Origin: Myxococcota bacterium
GTDB lineage: Bacteria; Myxococcota_A; SURF-8
DNA: 64,000 nt
Direction of reading: 5' to 3'
Assembly (NCBI GenBank): GCA_963674735.2
Contig: CAXXQS010000001.1
Span: forward strand, 1,824,001 to 1,888,000
Under the pieces are notes generated by a model. It was not told where the DNA came from and searched no databases. It saw only the letters and a list, made by a program, of their open reading frames with translations. Below are positions 53,792 through 64,000 of this stretch, piece by piece. The stretch's first letter is position 1; each line of letters starts with the position of its first letter. The translations under genes and the position numbers were made by a program.

Positions 53792-55639
53792 ATGTTCGAT
53801 AGTCATGCATTTAGTCAGACCAAAGGGCACCATATAAGCCAGCGCTCTGCGCAGAATAACGATTTTGACCATCAATTCGGCATTGAACGCTTTAAAAAAG
53901 TTGGAAAAACACTTCTAAGCTTGCTGAAACCCTGCACGGATCTCGATCAGGCTCGCAACATCATCCACGACTATGCCTACTCTCAAGAGCAACGATTGGA
54001 CGACTACCCGGGGCTATCGGTGGTTCACCGTGCCATTATTCAAGATTGCGTCAATGTTTTCCAGACCTTCATACATGCCGATTCGGAAGCGCGTAGTGGT
54101 TTTAGCGTGGCTCAAGCCCTGTTCGACCTCGCTAAAGGAAAAGAACGCCCCGATCTCCAACTCGGTTTCTATGCTGAAATGATTCAGCTTATTCTTGGCA
54201 CGGAAGGACAGCTCAGCATTCGCCTCTTCGACGATTTCCGTCCCGATCCCGATCTGACCGGCCGCGAAGCGGCGATCAACCGCTCTTACCAGCTCGATCA
54301 GCTTTGGGAACTCGCCGATAATTGGATGTGCCGCTATCGACATGGCCTCGACCCCGACTCGATCCAACGGCGCATCGAACGCCGGGACCACATATTAGAC
54401 ACGTTGGGCGGCAACCTTGACGACTGGAACGACTGGCACTGGCAAGTTCGAAATGTCATCAAAGATCCGAATATCCTCGAAAACCTGATCACGTTACCCG
54501 AGCAAACCCTGAAAACCATTCGGGATGCACGCCGAATCAAACTTCCCTTCGGCGTTACGCCCTTCTATTTGTCCCTGATGGACGATGACGGAGCCTTCGA
54601 TGCGGCCTTGCGGGCGCAAGTGTTTCCACCAGCAGATTACGTGCGCGCCATGCACCAGCACCGGGGCGAAATCGACTACGCCTTCGATTTCATGGGTGAA
54701 CACGATACCTCGCCGATAGACTTGATCACCCGTCGTTATCCCGGCATCGCCATTCTGAAACCCTACAATACCTGTCCGCAGATCTGCGTCTATTGCCAAC
54801 GCAATTGGGAAATCGAAGACGCCATGGCTCCCGGAGCGCTTGCGTCCCCCGAGGAGTTGGATAAAGCCATCAAATGGCTGGCCAAACACCCCGCCGTTCA
54901 TGAAGTCCTGGTAACGGGCGGCGATCCGATGGTTTTAAGCGACGACCGCTTGAAAGACCTGCTTGAACGTCTTTGCGCCATCGATCACATCGAGCGTATC
55001 CGCATCGGAACACGCATGCCGGTCACCCTTCCCCAGCGCTTCACGCCTGAATTGATCAACCTTCTCGGGCAATTCCGCCGTCCCGGATACCGCAGCGTGG
55101 AACTCGTCACCCACGTGCAGCATCCCTACGAAATCAACCCGGATATGGTGACGGCCATCGATCGCTTGAAACGCGCCGGAATCGGCGTTTACAATCAGCT
55201 CGTCTTTACCTTCTACACGTCAAGACGCTTCGAAGCGGCCAGCCTGCGCCGCCTGTTGAGACGAATCGGCGTAGACCCCTACTACACCTTCAACACCAAG
55301 GGTAAAGAAGAAACGGACAGTTACCGCGTGCCCATCGCCCGCCTTCTCCAGGAACAAAAAGAAGAAAGCCGCTTGTTACCCGGTCTGGCCCGCACCGACG
55401 AGGCCGTCTTCAACGTTCCCCGTCTCGGAAAAAACCATCTCCTGGCGCGCCAGCACCGACGCCTGCTGAGCATCGCTCCCAATGGATCCCGCATCTACGA
55501 ATTCCATCCCTGGGAGAAGAATATCGCCAAACAGCAAACCTACGTCGGCCATGATGTTCCGATCGTGAATTACTTGAAGCGCCTACGTGCGTTTGGGGAA
55601 AACACGGAAGATTACAACACGATTTGGTATTATTTCTAG
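53792..55639 (+). CDS. KamA-family (lysine 2,3-aminomutase-like) radical SAM protein with long N-terminal extension
   Basis: WNDWHWQ, VTPFYLSL, RRYP, CPQICVYC, TGGDP, RIGTR, PYY, PRLGK; GGAGG RBS. Confidence 0.88.
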   Translation: MFDSHAFSQTKGHHISQRSAQNNDFDHQFGIERFKKVGKTLLSLLKPCTDLDQARNIIHDYAYSQEQRLDDYPGLSVVHRAIIQDCVNVFQTFIHADSEARSGFSVAQALFDLAKGKERPDLQLGFYAEMIQLILGTEGQLSIRLFDDFRPDPDLTGREAAINRSYQLDQLWELADNWMCRYRHGLDPDSIQRRIERRDHILDTLGGNLDDWNDWHWQVRNVIKDPNILENLITLPEQTLKTIRDARRIKLPFGVTPFYLSLMDDDGAFDAALRAQVFPPADYVRAMHQHRGEIDYAFDFMGEHDTSPIDLITRRYPGIAILKPYNTCPQICVYCQRNWEIEDAMAPGALASPEELDKAIKWLAKHPAVHEVLVTGGDPMVLSDDRLKDLLERLCAIDHIERIRIGTRMPVTLPQRFTPELINLLGQFRRPGYRSVELVTHVQHPYEINPDMVTAIDRLKRAGIGVYNQLVFTFYTSRRFEAASLRRLLRRIGVDPYYTFNTKGKEETDSYRVPIARLLQEQKEESRLLPGLARTDEAVFNVPRLGKNHLLARQHRRLLSIAPNGSRIYEFHPWEKNIAKQQTYVGHDVPIVNYLKRLRAFGENTEDYNTIWYYF

Positions 55640-55676
55640 AATTGACTTGATGTTTTATTGGCTTCGTTTGATGGAC

Positions 55677-56789
55677 TCACTCCCCCTTTGCGCGCAGAAT
55701 CCCTCGCAGTCCGGGTGTCATGATCGCCCTGATTTCGGCTTGCATATCGTTCGATTTTTTCGAGGGTTGAACCAGATACAGAACGTCGAAATCGTGCCGA
55801 CGCGCCATTTCCAGCCCTTTCTCCACGCCAAGGACCGTCAGCGCCGTAGCCCAGGCATCCGCCCGTGCATTGGCCCACTTCGATCCCGACATGACGACCG
55901 TTACCCCCAGAATGTCGGAAGGTAAAGGACGGCCGGTTCTCGGGTCGAAAATGTGATAGTAAGTGGTCTCTCCAATTTGTATCGGCTGACGATAGTTGCC
56001 ACTGGTTGAATAGGCCACTTCGGAATCAACTCCCAGAGAGCCGTAAATCGCCTCCATATCGAAAGGATGCTGAATCCCTATCTGCCACGTGTTTCCGCTC
56101 TCATTTCGGCCCCAGGTGCGAATCTCGCCACCAATTTGCAGCATGGCATTCTGCACACCCAGGCTTTTTAAGGTCCAGGTCATCCAATCCACCGCATACC
56201 CTTTGGCAAGCCCCCCCAGATCGAACATGGTCCCCGGTTTCTTCAAACGAAGGCTTCGCCCACTTAAAACCACATTCTCCAAACCCACATTTTTCAACGC
56301 AGCCCGGTACTCCTGCTCCGATGGAATGGATTGCCGCTTTTTCGCTTTGGACCAAAGCTGTTTGAGAGGCCAAACGGTCGGATCGAAGGCTCCCTCACTC
56401 GCCGAATATACTTCATGCGCCACATGAAGAGATTCAGACAACTCTCTTGACATCTCTACGTCTTTTTTCTTTCCAAGTCGATTCAACAACCCAACTTCGG
56501 ATGTCGGATCGAAAGCATTGAAGCATCGATCAACTCGCTTGAAAATTTCCTGCAGCTTCAAGCGCACCACATCGGATTCCAGATCCTTCGGCAAAGTCAG
56601 TTTCGCCCGAGCCGGAATTCCATGGAAAACCGACCAGGAATAGTCTACCCAGCGAAGTGTAATCCGCTCGTTCGTTGCTTTTGCATGGGTATCCGCATTG
56701 TCCGTGCCAGAGTTCGAACAAGCGATTAAAGCCACCGCAACGATGAAGACTAAATATTGACAGAATCCGCAGTTCGTGTTTTTCATCAT
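55677..56789 (-). CDS. apbE: FAD:protein FMN transferase lipoprotein
   Basis: Lipobox LIAC, GAFDPTV, DLGGLAKGY, STSGNY, HIFDPRTG, ADAWATA. Confidence 0.93.
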   Translation of the reverse strand: MMKNTNCGFCQYLVFIVAVALIACSNSGTDNADTHAKATNERITLRWVDYSWSVFHGIPARAKLTLPKDLESDVVRLKLQEIFKRVDRCFNAFDPTSEVGLLNRLGKKKDVEMSRELSESLHVAHEVYSASEGAFDPTVWPLKQLWSKAKKRQSIPSEQEYRAALKNVGLENVVLSGRSLRLKKPGTMFDLGGLAKGYAVDWMTWTLKSLGVQNAMLQIGGEIRTWGRNESGNTWQIGIQHPFDMEAIYGSLGVDSEVAYSTSGNYRQPIQIGETTYYHIFDPRTGRPLPSDILGVTVVMSGSKWANARADAWATALTVLGVEKGLEMARRHDFDVLYLVQPSKKSNDMQAEIRAIMTPGLRGILRAKGE

Positions 56790-56827
56790 ACACACCACGC
56801 ATTATCGAAATCTTTGAATCAAACAGC

Positions 56828-57658
56828 GTGTTGGCATCATATGCTACCGGTGCTATAGTATGCCAGTTTTTCCGTTACGCCAACTCGTCCGCCACCTACT
56901 CGGACTCGATAATTGGGAGAGCGAGCATCCAAACCAGCCCTTTTAAACACCGCTGGGATCTGTCCACCACTGAGGCGCGCGAGGTCCAACGTAAACTGGC
57001 AACGGCGGTTGTTTCACAAGGAGACCCTCGCGGTGTCCGTCTGATTGCGGGTGTCGATTTGGCTTTCGACAAAGCCTCCAATCAAGCCATTGCAGCACTG
57101 GTGATGCTTTCATACCCGAATCTCGATATCGTCAATAAATACACGGTAACCCGAACGATTCCCTTCCCTTACGTGCCGGGCCTGCTTTCGTTTAGGGAAG
57201 GCCCCGCGATCATGGATTTATTCGAGTGTTTACCCGACATGCCCGACCTCATCATGTTCGATGGCCAAGGGCTGGCGCATCCCCGCCGATTGGGTATCGC
57301 CTCACACCTGGGTGTCCTCTTGAACATTCCCAGCATCGGGGTCGCCAAATCCCGGTTGATCGGGCAGCCAGCCGCCGAACTGCCGGTCGAAAAAGGCGCA
57401 AGGGTCGATCTCATAGCCCCTGAAGGTGATATTATCGGGCGATTGTTGCGCACGCGCAGCCATGTATCGCCCGTTTACGTGTCTGTCGGACACCGCATCG
57501 GTCTGGATGCGGCTTGTCGCTGGGTCATGAACTGCACGACCGGAACCCGTATCCCGGAACCGACCAAGCAAGCCGACCGACTAGCCGCCAGCACCAAGAG
57601 GATCGTGACTGGCGACACAATGCAAGCAGATCGTAATGGCTGTAAGAAACCGGATTGA
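56828..57658 (+). CDS. nfi: Endonuclease V (true start uncertain)
   Basis: AGVDLAF, FPYVPGLLSFRE, DGQGLAHPRR, GVAKS, RIPEPT. Confidence 0.93.
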   Translation: MLASYATGAIVCQFFRYANSSATYSDSIIGRASIQTSPFKHRWDLSTTEAREVQRKLATAVVSQGDPRGVRLIAGVDLAFDKASNQAIAALVMLSYPNLDIVNKYTVTRTIPFPYVPGLLSFREGPAIMDLFECLPDMPDLIMFDGQGLAHPRRLGIASHLGVLLNIPSIGVAKSRLIGQPAAELPVEKGARVDLIAPEGDIIGRLLRTRSHVSPVYVSVGHRIGLDAACRWVMNCTTGTRIPEPTKQADRLAASTKRIVTGDTMQADRNGCKKPD

Positions 57659-57674
57659 AAAAGGAGATTTTTGG

Positions 57675-58817
57675 ATGTCTGGAAACAAGTTAGGCGTTCT
57701 AATCATCATCGGGTTGCTTATTTCCACCTTATCGATTTCCAATGCCTCTGCGGAAGAAACGGAATTGACGATCAAAAGCTTCGATGGCTACGCCCTTCAA
57801 GCCAAACTGAATCAGCCCAATCCGACTGTCAGCCACCTGATCATTCCGATTCACGGCTCGGGTCCGCAAAGCATGGATGAAGACTTGACGCCGGTCACGA
57901 AAAACAAGCAACCTAATCCATTCTTCAAAGATTTATCTGAAAGTCTGGCGGCAAAGGGATTCGCCGTTTTGCGGTATAATAAACGATCCTACCAAGTCTC
58001 CCAAGCCATTGCCGCCCAACCCGATTACGTCCAATCCAAGGCCTATAAGGATTTTGCCGCAGCTCCTTTGCGTCACTTCCTTGAAGATGCACTGGCGGTG
58101 GTTCAATTCGCCGCCGACCGCTTTCCAAACGTGAAACTCTACTTACTCGGACACAGCCAGGGGGCTTATATCGCCGTACAGGCCGCCCAGCGTCTTCGTG
58201 ACAGCGGTCACCTGGATGGAGTGGCCCTGATCGGATTCCATCTTTCCACCTTGGATACGCTGGTTTTTGAACAAACGATTTACCGTCCCTTGCATCACTT
58301 CACCAAGCTGGATGCCAATCACGACGAGCGCCTGACCGATACGGAGCTTGCAAACGGCAACCCGATCGGGCACGCCTTGGCCGCGCAAAAGCCGCTCCTG
58401 GATCTGGATGGCGACGGCTGCATTTCCTTATCCGAATTCCAGGCCGGGAATGCATCGAACCTGCTCCTTCGAGATCCAATGGATATCGCTTATCGGCAAG
58501 AAGAGGCGCAGATGGACCGTTTGGCCGCGATCCTGCCGACCCTGACCATGAAAGTCGCTTTTTTACAGGGTTTGTGGGACAATCAAACACCGGCTTACAA
58601 TGCTCAAGCCGTTGAAATCGCGAACAAAGCCGTCTGGAAGAAACCGTATTTCAAGTTCTGGTATTATCCGAAACGCGGCCATGCATTGGACTCACGAGAT
58701 TCCTACAACGACCTCTATTACTCTCCCTTGGATGCCGCGACCAAACAGGATGTCGCACAAAAACTTTCTGATTTCTTTATGGAAAAACCGAGCCAGGAAC
58801 CCGTTAGGCTTCGCTGA
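57675..58817 (+). CDS. Secreted alpha/beta hydrolase with EF-hand-like insert
   Basis: Signal peptide, HGSGP, GHSQG, DANHDERL and DLDGDGCISLSE, RGH. Confidence 0.8.
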   Translation: MSGNKLGVLIIIGLLISTLSISNASAEETELTIKSFDGYALQAKLNQPNPTVSHLIIPIHGSGPQSMDEDLTPVTKNKQPNPFFKDLSESLAAKGFAVLRYNKRSYQVSQAIAAQPDYVQSKAYKDFAAAPLRHFLEDALAVVQFAADRFPNVKLYLLGHSQGAYIAVQAAQRLRDSGHLDGVALIGFHLSTLDTLVFEQTIYRPLHHFTKLDANHDERLTDTELANGNPIGHALAAQKPLLDLDGDGCISLSEFQAGNASNLLLRDPMDIAYRQEEAQMDRLAAILPTLTMKVAFLQGLWDNQTPAYNAQAVEIANKAVWKKPYFKFWYYPKRGHALDSRDSYNDLYYSPLDAATKQDVAQKLSDFFMEKPSQEPVRLR

Positions 58818-58883
58818 ACTTGTCCATTTGGATTTAACGGCGCACACGAAGCCATACGAATAAGACAGGAGTATAACGGCGTT

Positions 58884-59687
58884 ATGACACGCAAAATACG
58901 GTTGAAAATCGAATACGACGGCACCGCCTATGCCGGTTGGCAGATTCAGAAGCAGGGCGAGTCGACCATCCAGCAAAAATTACAGCGTGCACTGCAGATC
59001 GTAACCAAAGTCCCCGGCCATATTCAGTGTGCGGGTCGCACCGATTCGGGCGTTCATGCCGCCGGACAAGTCGCTCATTTCACGACGGATTCTTCGATTC
59101 AAGACTTTCAGTTCCGCGAAGCGCTCAACGCCAACCTACCTCCCGATATCACGATTTTGGAATCACGGGAAGTAGCACCGGAATTCGACGCGCGTCGACA
59201 CGCCCGTGGCAAGATTTACCGCTACCGCATTCTCAACCGCCGGGCCAGAAGCTCGCTTCTCCGCCACTATACCTGGCATATCAAAAACAAATTGGACCTG
59301 CAAGCCATGCAAAAAGCAGCCGGATATCTGCAGGGCGAGCATGATTTCAGTTCCTTCCGGGCCAGCGGCTGCAACGCCAAGCATCCAGTTCGTTACCTCT
59401 ATTTGCTGGATATCCACGCCAACGAAAAAGACCAGATCACCATTGATGTCTTCGGTAGCGCTTTTCTCAAACAGATGGTGCGCAACATCGTCGGCACACT
59501 GACGCAAATTGGCCTCGGTCGACTCACGCCCTCCGATATGAAAGGAATCTTGGATGCCCGTGACCGTAGCGTAGCGGGACAAACAGCCCCCGCCTGCGGA
59601 TTGACCCTGATCAAGGTGTTCTACCCCGACGATCCACCGCCGCCGGACCTACTCAAGCTCATCCCCGAATCGCATCGTGTTTCTTAA
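58884..59687 (+). CDS. truA: tRNA pseudouridine synthase A
   Basis: EYDGTAYAGWQ, AGRTDSGVHA, HDFSSF, FLKQMVR, TAPACGL. Confidence 0.96.
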   Translation: MTRKIRLKIEYDGTAYAGWQIQKQGESTIQQKLQRALQIVTKVPGHIQCAGRTDSGVHAAGQVAHFTTDSSIQDFQFREALNANLPPDITILESREVAPEFDARRHARGKIYRYRILNRRARSSLLRHYTWHIKNKLDLQAMQKAAGYLQGEHDFSSFRASGCNAKHPVRYLYLLDIHANEKDQITIDVFGSAFLKQMVRNIVGTLTQIGLGRLTPSDMKGILDARDRSVAGQTAPACGLTLIKVFYPDDPPPPDLLKLIPESHRVS

Positions 59688-59725
59688 AAAAGGAAGCGCC
59701 GGATGACCCGACGAATGATTGAAGG

Positions 59726-61546
59726 CTATTCCCGAGTGGCGTTAGACAAAATCTCACGCGTTTTCTTGAGATAGGTTTCCAACTCAACCATTTGCTGAAG
59801 ATCTTCAGACTCGATAGCGGATTTAGCGGTACCGACCACCTTACGAATCCGGTCGAACGCTTTGCGGCTCTCCTCCGATTTGTCGAACTGATCCGCCAGG
59901 TTCGGCATAACGGTCTCGATGTAATAGACCATGGATTCCACATTGGAGCGCACGCGGCTAAGCTGGTCGTCGTATTCTTGTTCCAGAGCATATTCGCGAT
60001 TGTCTTCGATCATACCCTGAATTTCTTTATCGGTCAGATAACTATAAGCGCTCACGGTGATGGACTGCTGTTCTCCGGTATCCATATCCCGTGCGGAGAC
60101 CTTGAGCGTCCCGTCCGCGTCGAGTTCGAAGAAAACTTTAATGCGTGTCTCACCACGCAATGCACGTTTCAGATTCGAAAGCGTAAACTCGCCCAAAACC
60201 GTGTTTTCGGTGGCCGCATCGGCTTCACCCTGCAAGACAACGATTCGGGCCGTTTCCTGATAATCGATTTCGGTGGTGAAGATATGACTCTTCGAAATCG
60301 GAATCGGCGAATCTTTGGAGATGATTTCCTTGAAATAACCGCCCGTTATCGCTATTCCTAGCGGATGCGGCGTGAGATCCAGCAGCAACATGTTCTGCGA
60401 CTTGGACTCCAGCAGCATATTCCCTTGAATCGCAGCACCCAGAGCCACCGCTTCATCGGGATTCAAGCTCTTTTGCGGCGTATTCTGGAAAAACTCGGTT
60501 ACGGCATTCTGAACCATCGGCATACGAGTCTGACCGCCGACCAACAGAATCGTATCGATATCCTCCGCTCTTAACTGAGCATCGCGAAGAGCGCGCGAAC
60601 TGATATCGATGGTTCGCTCCACCAAGTCTTCCACCATCTCTTCAAGGTCGGTACGCGTAAGTTTCTTGTGAAGGTGCAAAGGCTCCTGCTTATCATCGGT
60701 GGAGATAAACGGCAAATTGATTTCCGTTTCGGAAACCGTCGAAAGCGAGATCTTGGCCGTTTCCGCCGCATCCTTCAGGCGTTGGATCGCCATCTTGTCT
60801 TCGCGCAGATCCAACTCGTGTTCCTGATAAAACTCGTCGAGCAACCATTCCATCACGCGACTGTCGAAATCCTCACCGCCAAGGAAGGTATCGCCATTCG
60901 AGGTTACCACCTCATAGACGCCTTCGTTGATTTCGAGGATGGAAATATCGAAGGTACCGCCGCCGAGATCGTACACGACAACTTTCTTATTGATCGATTT
61001 CCCGAATCCATAAGCCAAGGCGGCTGCAGTGGGTTCGTTGATGATACGAATCACGTCCAGCCCGGCGATTGCACCGGCATCTTTGGTTGCCTGACGTTGC
61101 GGATCCTTGAAATAGGCCGGGACGGTAATGACGACTTTCTTGACGGGCTGACCTAAGTGTTCCTCGGCGATTTTGGCCATTTCGGCCAGAATCATCGACT
61201 GAATCTCCGGCACGGAGTAAACCTTGCCATGCAGTTGAACACGAACATCCTTGTGCGGTCCTTCGACCAGTTCAAACGGGCTGGAGATCATGGCCGACTG
61301 CACACTGGGCGAGTCGAAATTACGTCCAACCAGACGTTTGGCCGAGAAAACGGTGTTCGTGGGATTCGTGATGGCCTGACGCTTAGCTGCGTATCCGATC
61401 AGCCGCTTACCGGAAGCGGTGATAGCCACAACGGAAGGCGTAATTTTATAGCCGGACTTATTCGGTATGACAACCGGAACCCCCTCATCGATATATGCGA
61501 CACAGGAGTTTGTCGTCCCCAAATCGATTCCGATTACATTGCTCAT
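59726..61546 (-). CDS. Hsp70/DnaK paralogue
   Basis: GIDLGTTNS, TVPAYF, INEPTAAA, DLGGGTFD; divergent substrate-binding domain. Confidence 0.93.
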   Translation of the reverse strand: MSNVIGIDLGTTNSCVAYIDEGVPVVIPNKSGYKITPSVVAITASGKRLIGYAAKRQAITNPTNTVFSAKRLVGRNFDSPSVQSAMISSPFELVEGPHKDVRVQLHGKVYSVPEIQSMILAEMAKIAEEHLGQPVKKVVITVPAYFKDPQRQATKDAGAIAGLDVIRIINEPTAAALAYGFGKSINKKVVVYDLGGGTFDISILEINEGVYEVVTSNGDTFLGGEDFDSRVMEWLLDEFYQEHELDLREDKMAIQRLKDAAETAKISLSTVSETEINLPFISTDDKQEPLHLHKKLTRTDLEEMVEDLVERTIDISSRALRDAQLRAEDIDTILLVGGQTRMPMVQNAVTEFFQNTPQKSLNPDEAVALGAAIQGNMLLESKSQNMLLLDLTPHPLGIAITGGYFKEIISKDSPIPISKSHIFTTEIDYQETARIVVLQGEADAATENTVLGEFTLSNLKRALRGETRIKVFFELDADGTLKVSARDMDTGEQQSITVSAYSYLTDKEIQGMIEDNREYALEQEYDDQLSRVRSNVESMVYYIETVMPNLADQFDKSEESRKAFDRIRKVVGTAKSAIESEDLQQMVELETYLKKTREILSNATRE

Positions 61547-61593
61547 CGATAGTCAACCTTACAGGAAGGCAAATTCCGTTAATCCACTGATCC

Positions 61594-62814
61594 TTAAAAC
61601 CACTTTTTGGCTTCTTTGTAGAGGGCTTTTGCCTGGGCGTTTTCGGGATCCCGCTTTAGGACAGCCTCAAACTGTTCAACCGCTTCATTCTTCTTTCGCA
61701 ACTTTAACAGAATCTGCCCCAACAACAAGCGAAATTCCATATCTTGCGGATCACTCTGGACTGCACGTTTAGCGTAGGGAACGGCCTTGTCGAGATCGTT
61801 CTGATCTACGTACATCCTCGCTACCTTGGCGTTGAATTCACTTCCTGACGGATACGTGTCCGCCGCTTTGATATAAGCCTCGAAATAGCCATCCTGGCCG
61901 TAGGACTCTAAAACCGATCCCCGTTGGAACAGCCGTTCAGCCGTCGCTTTGTTGGCAAGATCCTTTACTTGGTCGGCTTTGGCTTTGTAAAGTTCGTTAT
62001 AGGGGTCATAGGTGATGGCCAATTTGAAATTCGTCGATGCAGACAACCAAGCCTGCTTTTCGATATCCGCCATCCCGGCTTCGAAAAACTCACGGCCTTT
62101 CTCGACACGAGCCATCATAGGATTGTGCTTGACGCGGCTCTCTTTTCTTTCCTGATGAATCCGCCGTTTGCGAGCTTCGGGGTCTTCTTCAAGATCCGTT
62201 TCATCAGGCGTCAGTCGCCCCTCTTCGATAAGCTGTTTGCGGTATTCCCGCCGTTCACTCGAATCGGTCAGCGTACTATGGGCTACCCCAAGTGCATTAT
62301 ATATTTTATTGAGTTTACTTTTATAAGATCCCAACTGCTTGCGAAAGTAATTGTCTGGATGAAATCGCCGAGACAATCGAACAAACGCCTTCTTGATCTC
62401 ATCGACGGTGGCCAGAGTTGAAACGTCCAGGAGTTCGTAATAGGTACACTCATCCAACTTACTGTAAAGGAAAAGAATTTCTTTCTTCTCCTCCATCGTG
62501 ATTTCCACATCTTCTTGAATCTCAGCAGGATTGAAAATAAAACCGCCGTAATCTCGCTGAGCTTCCGAAGATTGTTCTTTTGCTTTGTTTTCTTCAGGAT
62601 TGGTGATTAAAAGCACCCCTTGATCAACCAACCGCTTGATGATTGTTGCCGTGGCCTCACGATTGAGAAGACTGACCTGATAGACTTCCTTGACGGTGCT
62701 CTTATTGTGAATCCGAGAGAGAATAAACCCCTCTTGGGCCGTGATGTTCAGCTGTGTAACATCAACCCCCAATCTGATTTGGACAATCGAATCTTCCTGG
62801 ATCATCTTCGACAT
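61594..62814 (-). CDS. J-domain (DnaJ-like) plus TPR protein
   Basis: YYELL...RRFHPD, C-terminal TPRs; upstream of the Hsp70 gene. Confidence 0.88.
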   Translation of the reverse strand: MSKMIQEDSIVQIRLGVDVTQLNITAQEGFILSRIHNKSTVKEVYQVSLLNREATATIIKRLVDQGVLLITNPEENKAKEQSSEAQRDYGGFIFNPAEIQEDVEITMEEKKEILFLYSKLDECTYYELLDVSTLATVDEIKKAFVRLSRRFHPDNYFRKQLGSYKSKLNKIYNALGVAHSTLTDSSERREYRKQLIEEGRLTPDETDLEEDPEARKRRIHQERKESRVKHNPMMARVEKGREFFEAGMADIEKQAWLSASTNFKLAITYDPYNELYKAKADQVKDLANKATAERLFQRGSVLESYGQDGYFEAYIKAADTYPSGSEFNAKVARMYVDQNDLDKAVPYAKRAVQSDPQDMEFRLLLGQILLKLRKKNEAVEQFEAVLKRDPENAQAKALYKEAKKWF

Positions 62815-63010
62815 GGGTAAAAACGGTCACCCTTCCCAAATACAGCCAAGTTGTTTGTAACTCATCTTGTCTTCCAATAGGTCTCGCGATATTACCCCCA
62901 GCCTACACAAAAGTCAAGGAACCATGAAGGCTTGCCTTGCATCCGACAAGAGGGAATGATAAGCTTTACTCACTATTTTGCAAACTCCGCCTTTGCAAGT
63001 ATTGGAATAT

Positions 63011-63742
63011 ATGGAAAATAACAAACTCCGCATCGTTCAAAAAAATCAATCTTTCAAGCAAAGAACCGAGCCTCGTGTTTGTTATCGACTTGAAGCCGAC
63101 AATAAAATCAGCTCGGAAAATCGCAGCATCAGTAAGATTGGGGGACTCCCATACTGGCCTGTTTCAGAAGCATGGCCGTTATGTTCCGGTTGCGGCGATC
63201 CTCTGAGCTTCATTGCACAATTACGTAGCGATGACGCCTTTAAAATCTCTCCCACATTTCCGCGTTTTCTTTGTTTTTTCTACTGTTTTCGATGCGCTCC
63301 CTGGTGGGACGTAGCCAATGAAGGTTTTTTGCTGCGCTGGATGTCGATACGGACGGATGTCGAGTTGCTACCGGCCAAAGCAACGCCCCTACCGGCCCCC
63401 AATTCTCCACCCCCGGTTGCGTTAACGACAACTCAATGCTCAGACTATCCCGATCTGCATTTTCTTATGAGTGAACGAAATTATGAAGCGGCATCCGCAC
63501 AAATTGCTTTGGCTCATCAGCCTAATTTGTCGACTTCGAAGTTGGGGGGCTACCCGACCTGGATCCAAAAGCCGGACATCCCGCTCTGTCGCAGTTGTTC
63601 AGCCCCCATGCGATTTCTCGGACAGTTAAATACGGGAAAAGGAGAGTTCCTGCCTGGCTGGGAAACCGGGCGGTTCTATTTCTTCGGTTGCAGCCAATCA
63701 TGCACCACCGACGCACTTTCCATCGTTATGCAGGCAGATTGA
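63011..63742 (+). CDS. YwqG/DUF1963-like protein
   Basis: SKIGGLPYWP...WPLCSGC...FIAQL and KLGGYPTWIQ...CRSC...FLGQL. Confidence 0.7.
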   Translation: MENNKLRIVQKNQSFKQRTEPRVCYRLEADNKISSENRSISKIGGLPYWPVSEAWPLCSGCGDPLSFIAQLRSDDAFKISPTFPRFLCFFYCFRCAPWWDVANEGFLLRWMSIRTDVELLPAKATPLPAPNSPPPVALTTTQCSDYPDLHFLMSERNYEAASAQIALAHQPNLSTSKLGGYPTWIQKPDIPLCRSCSAPMRFLGQLNTGKGEFLPGWETGRFYFFGCSQSCTTDALSIVMQAD

Positions 63743-63752
63743 CGGAAACCAC

Positions 63753-64000
63753 TCATTCCCGGTTGTAGCGGTTGTTGATGCGAGAGGTTTGCCCCCCCCG
63801 AATATTGATTTTTCGAACATCATGAATATTGAAATCCGGATTGATGAGCTTCAATTCATGCTGCCCGACCGGCAGCTTGATATTCATGGCCGGTGAATAG
63901 CGACCGGTAAAACGGCCGTTGATATAGATCTTGGCCTGAGGATCGGTGAAAACGGTCAGCCAACCGTAGTTGAGTTTGGTTTCTTTTCGCGAAGGAGATT
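63753..64000 (-). CDS. PEGA-domain C-terminus of a gene extending beyond the window
   Basis: Translated by hand: GWLTVFTDPQAKIYINGRFTGRYSPAMNIKLPVGQHELKLINP...RE*. Confidence 0.7.
   Translation of the reverse strand, partial: SPSRKETKLNYGWLTVFTDPQAKIYINGRFTGRYSPAMNIKLPVGQHELKLINPDFNIHDVRKINIRGGQTSRINNRYNRE

Overview
Bacterial chromosomal window; the gene repertoire (zf-HC2/FecR/TPR anti-sigma, DnaK paralogue with a J-TPR partner, PEGA protein, TPR-CHAT, sigma-54 activator) suggests a Myxococcota/deltaproteobacteria-like organism (inference). I found no rRNA, tRNA, CRISPR array or mobile element. Housekeeping genes (mutS, meaB, cmk, truA, nfi, pruA, apbE, peroxiredoxin) are interspersed with four notable modules. 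(1) A probable ~295-nt sigma-54-driven, terminator-bounded non-coding RNA at 14380-14673 on the minus strand. It has seven hairpins: four with a GCAGUAUC loop (three of them tandem 36-nt repeats with covarying stems) and three with CCCCC loops. It lies divergent from an NtrC-family activator. (2) A 15-kb envelope operon: membrane-anchored PilB/GspE-like ATPase, AsmA/YdbH-like protein, YdbL-like lipoprotein and a 2850-aa TolB-TPR-pseudoCHAT-TPR-CHAT lipoprotein. (3) A feo operon ending in a phage-Mu Com-like zinc finger, GAG(N)CC repeats and an acidic outer-membrane protein. (4) Five HxsC-like radical SAM domains in four genes with no visible precursor peptide. All calls come from reading motifs by eye; no database search or folding program was run.
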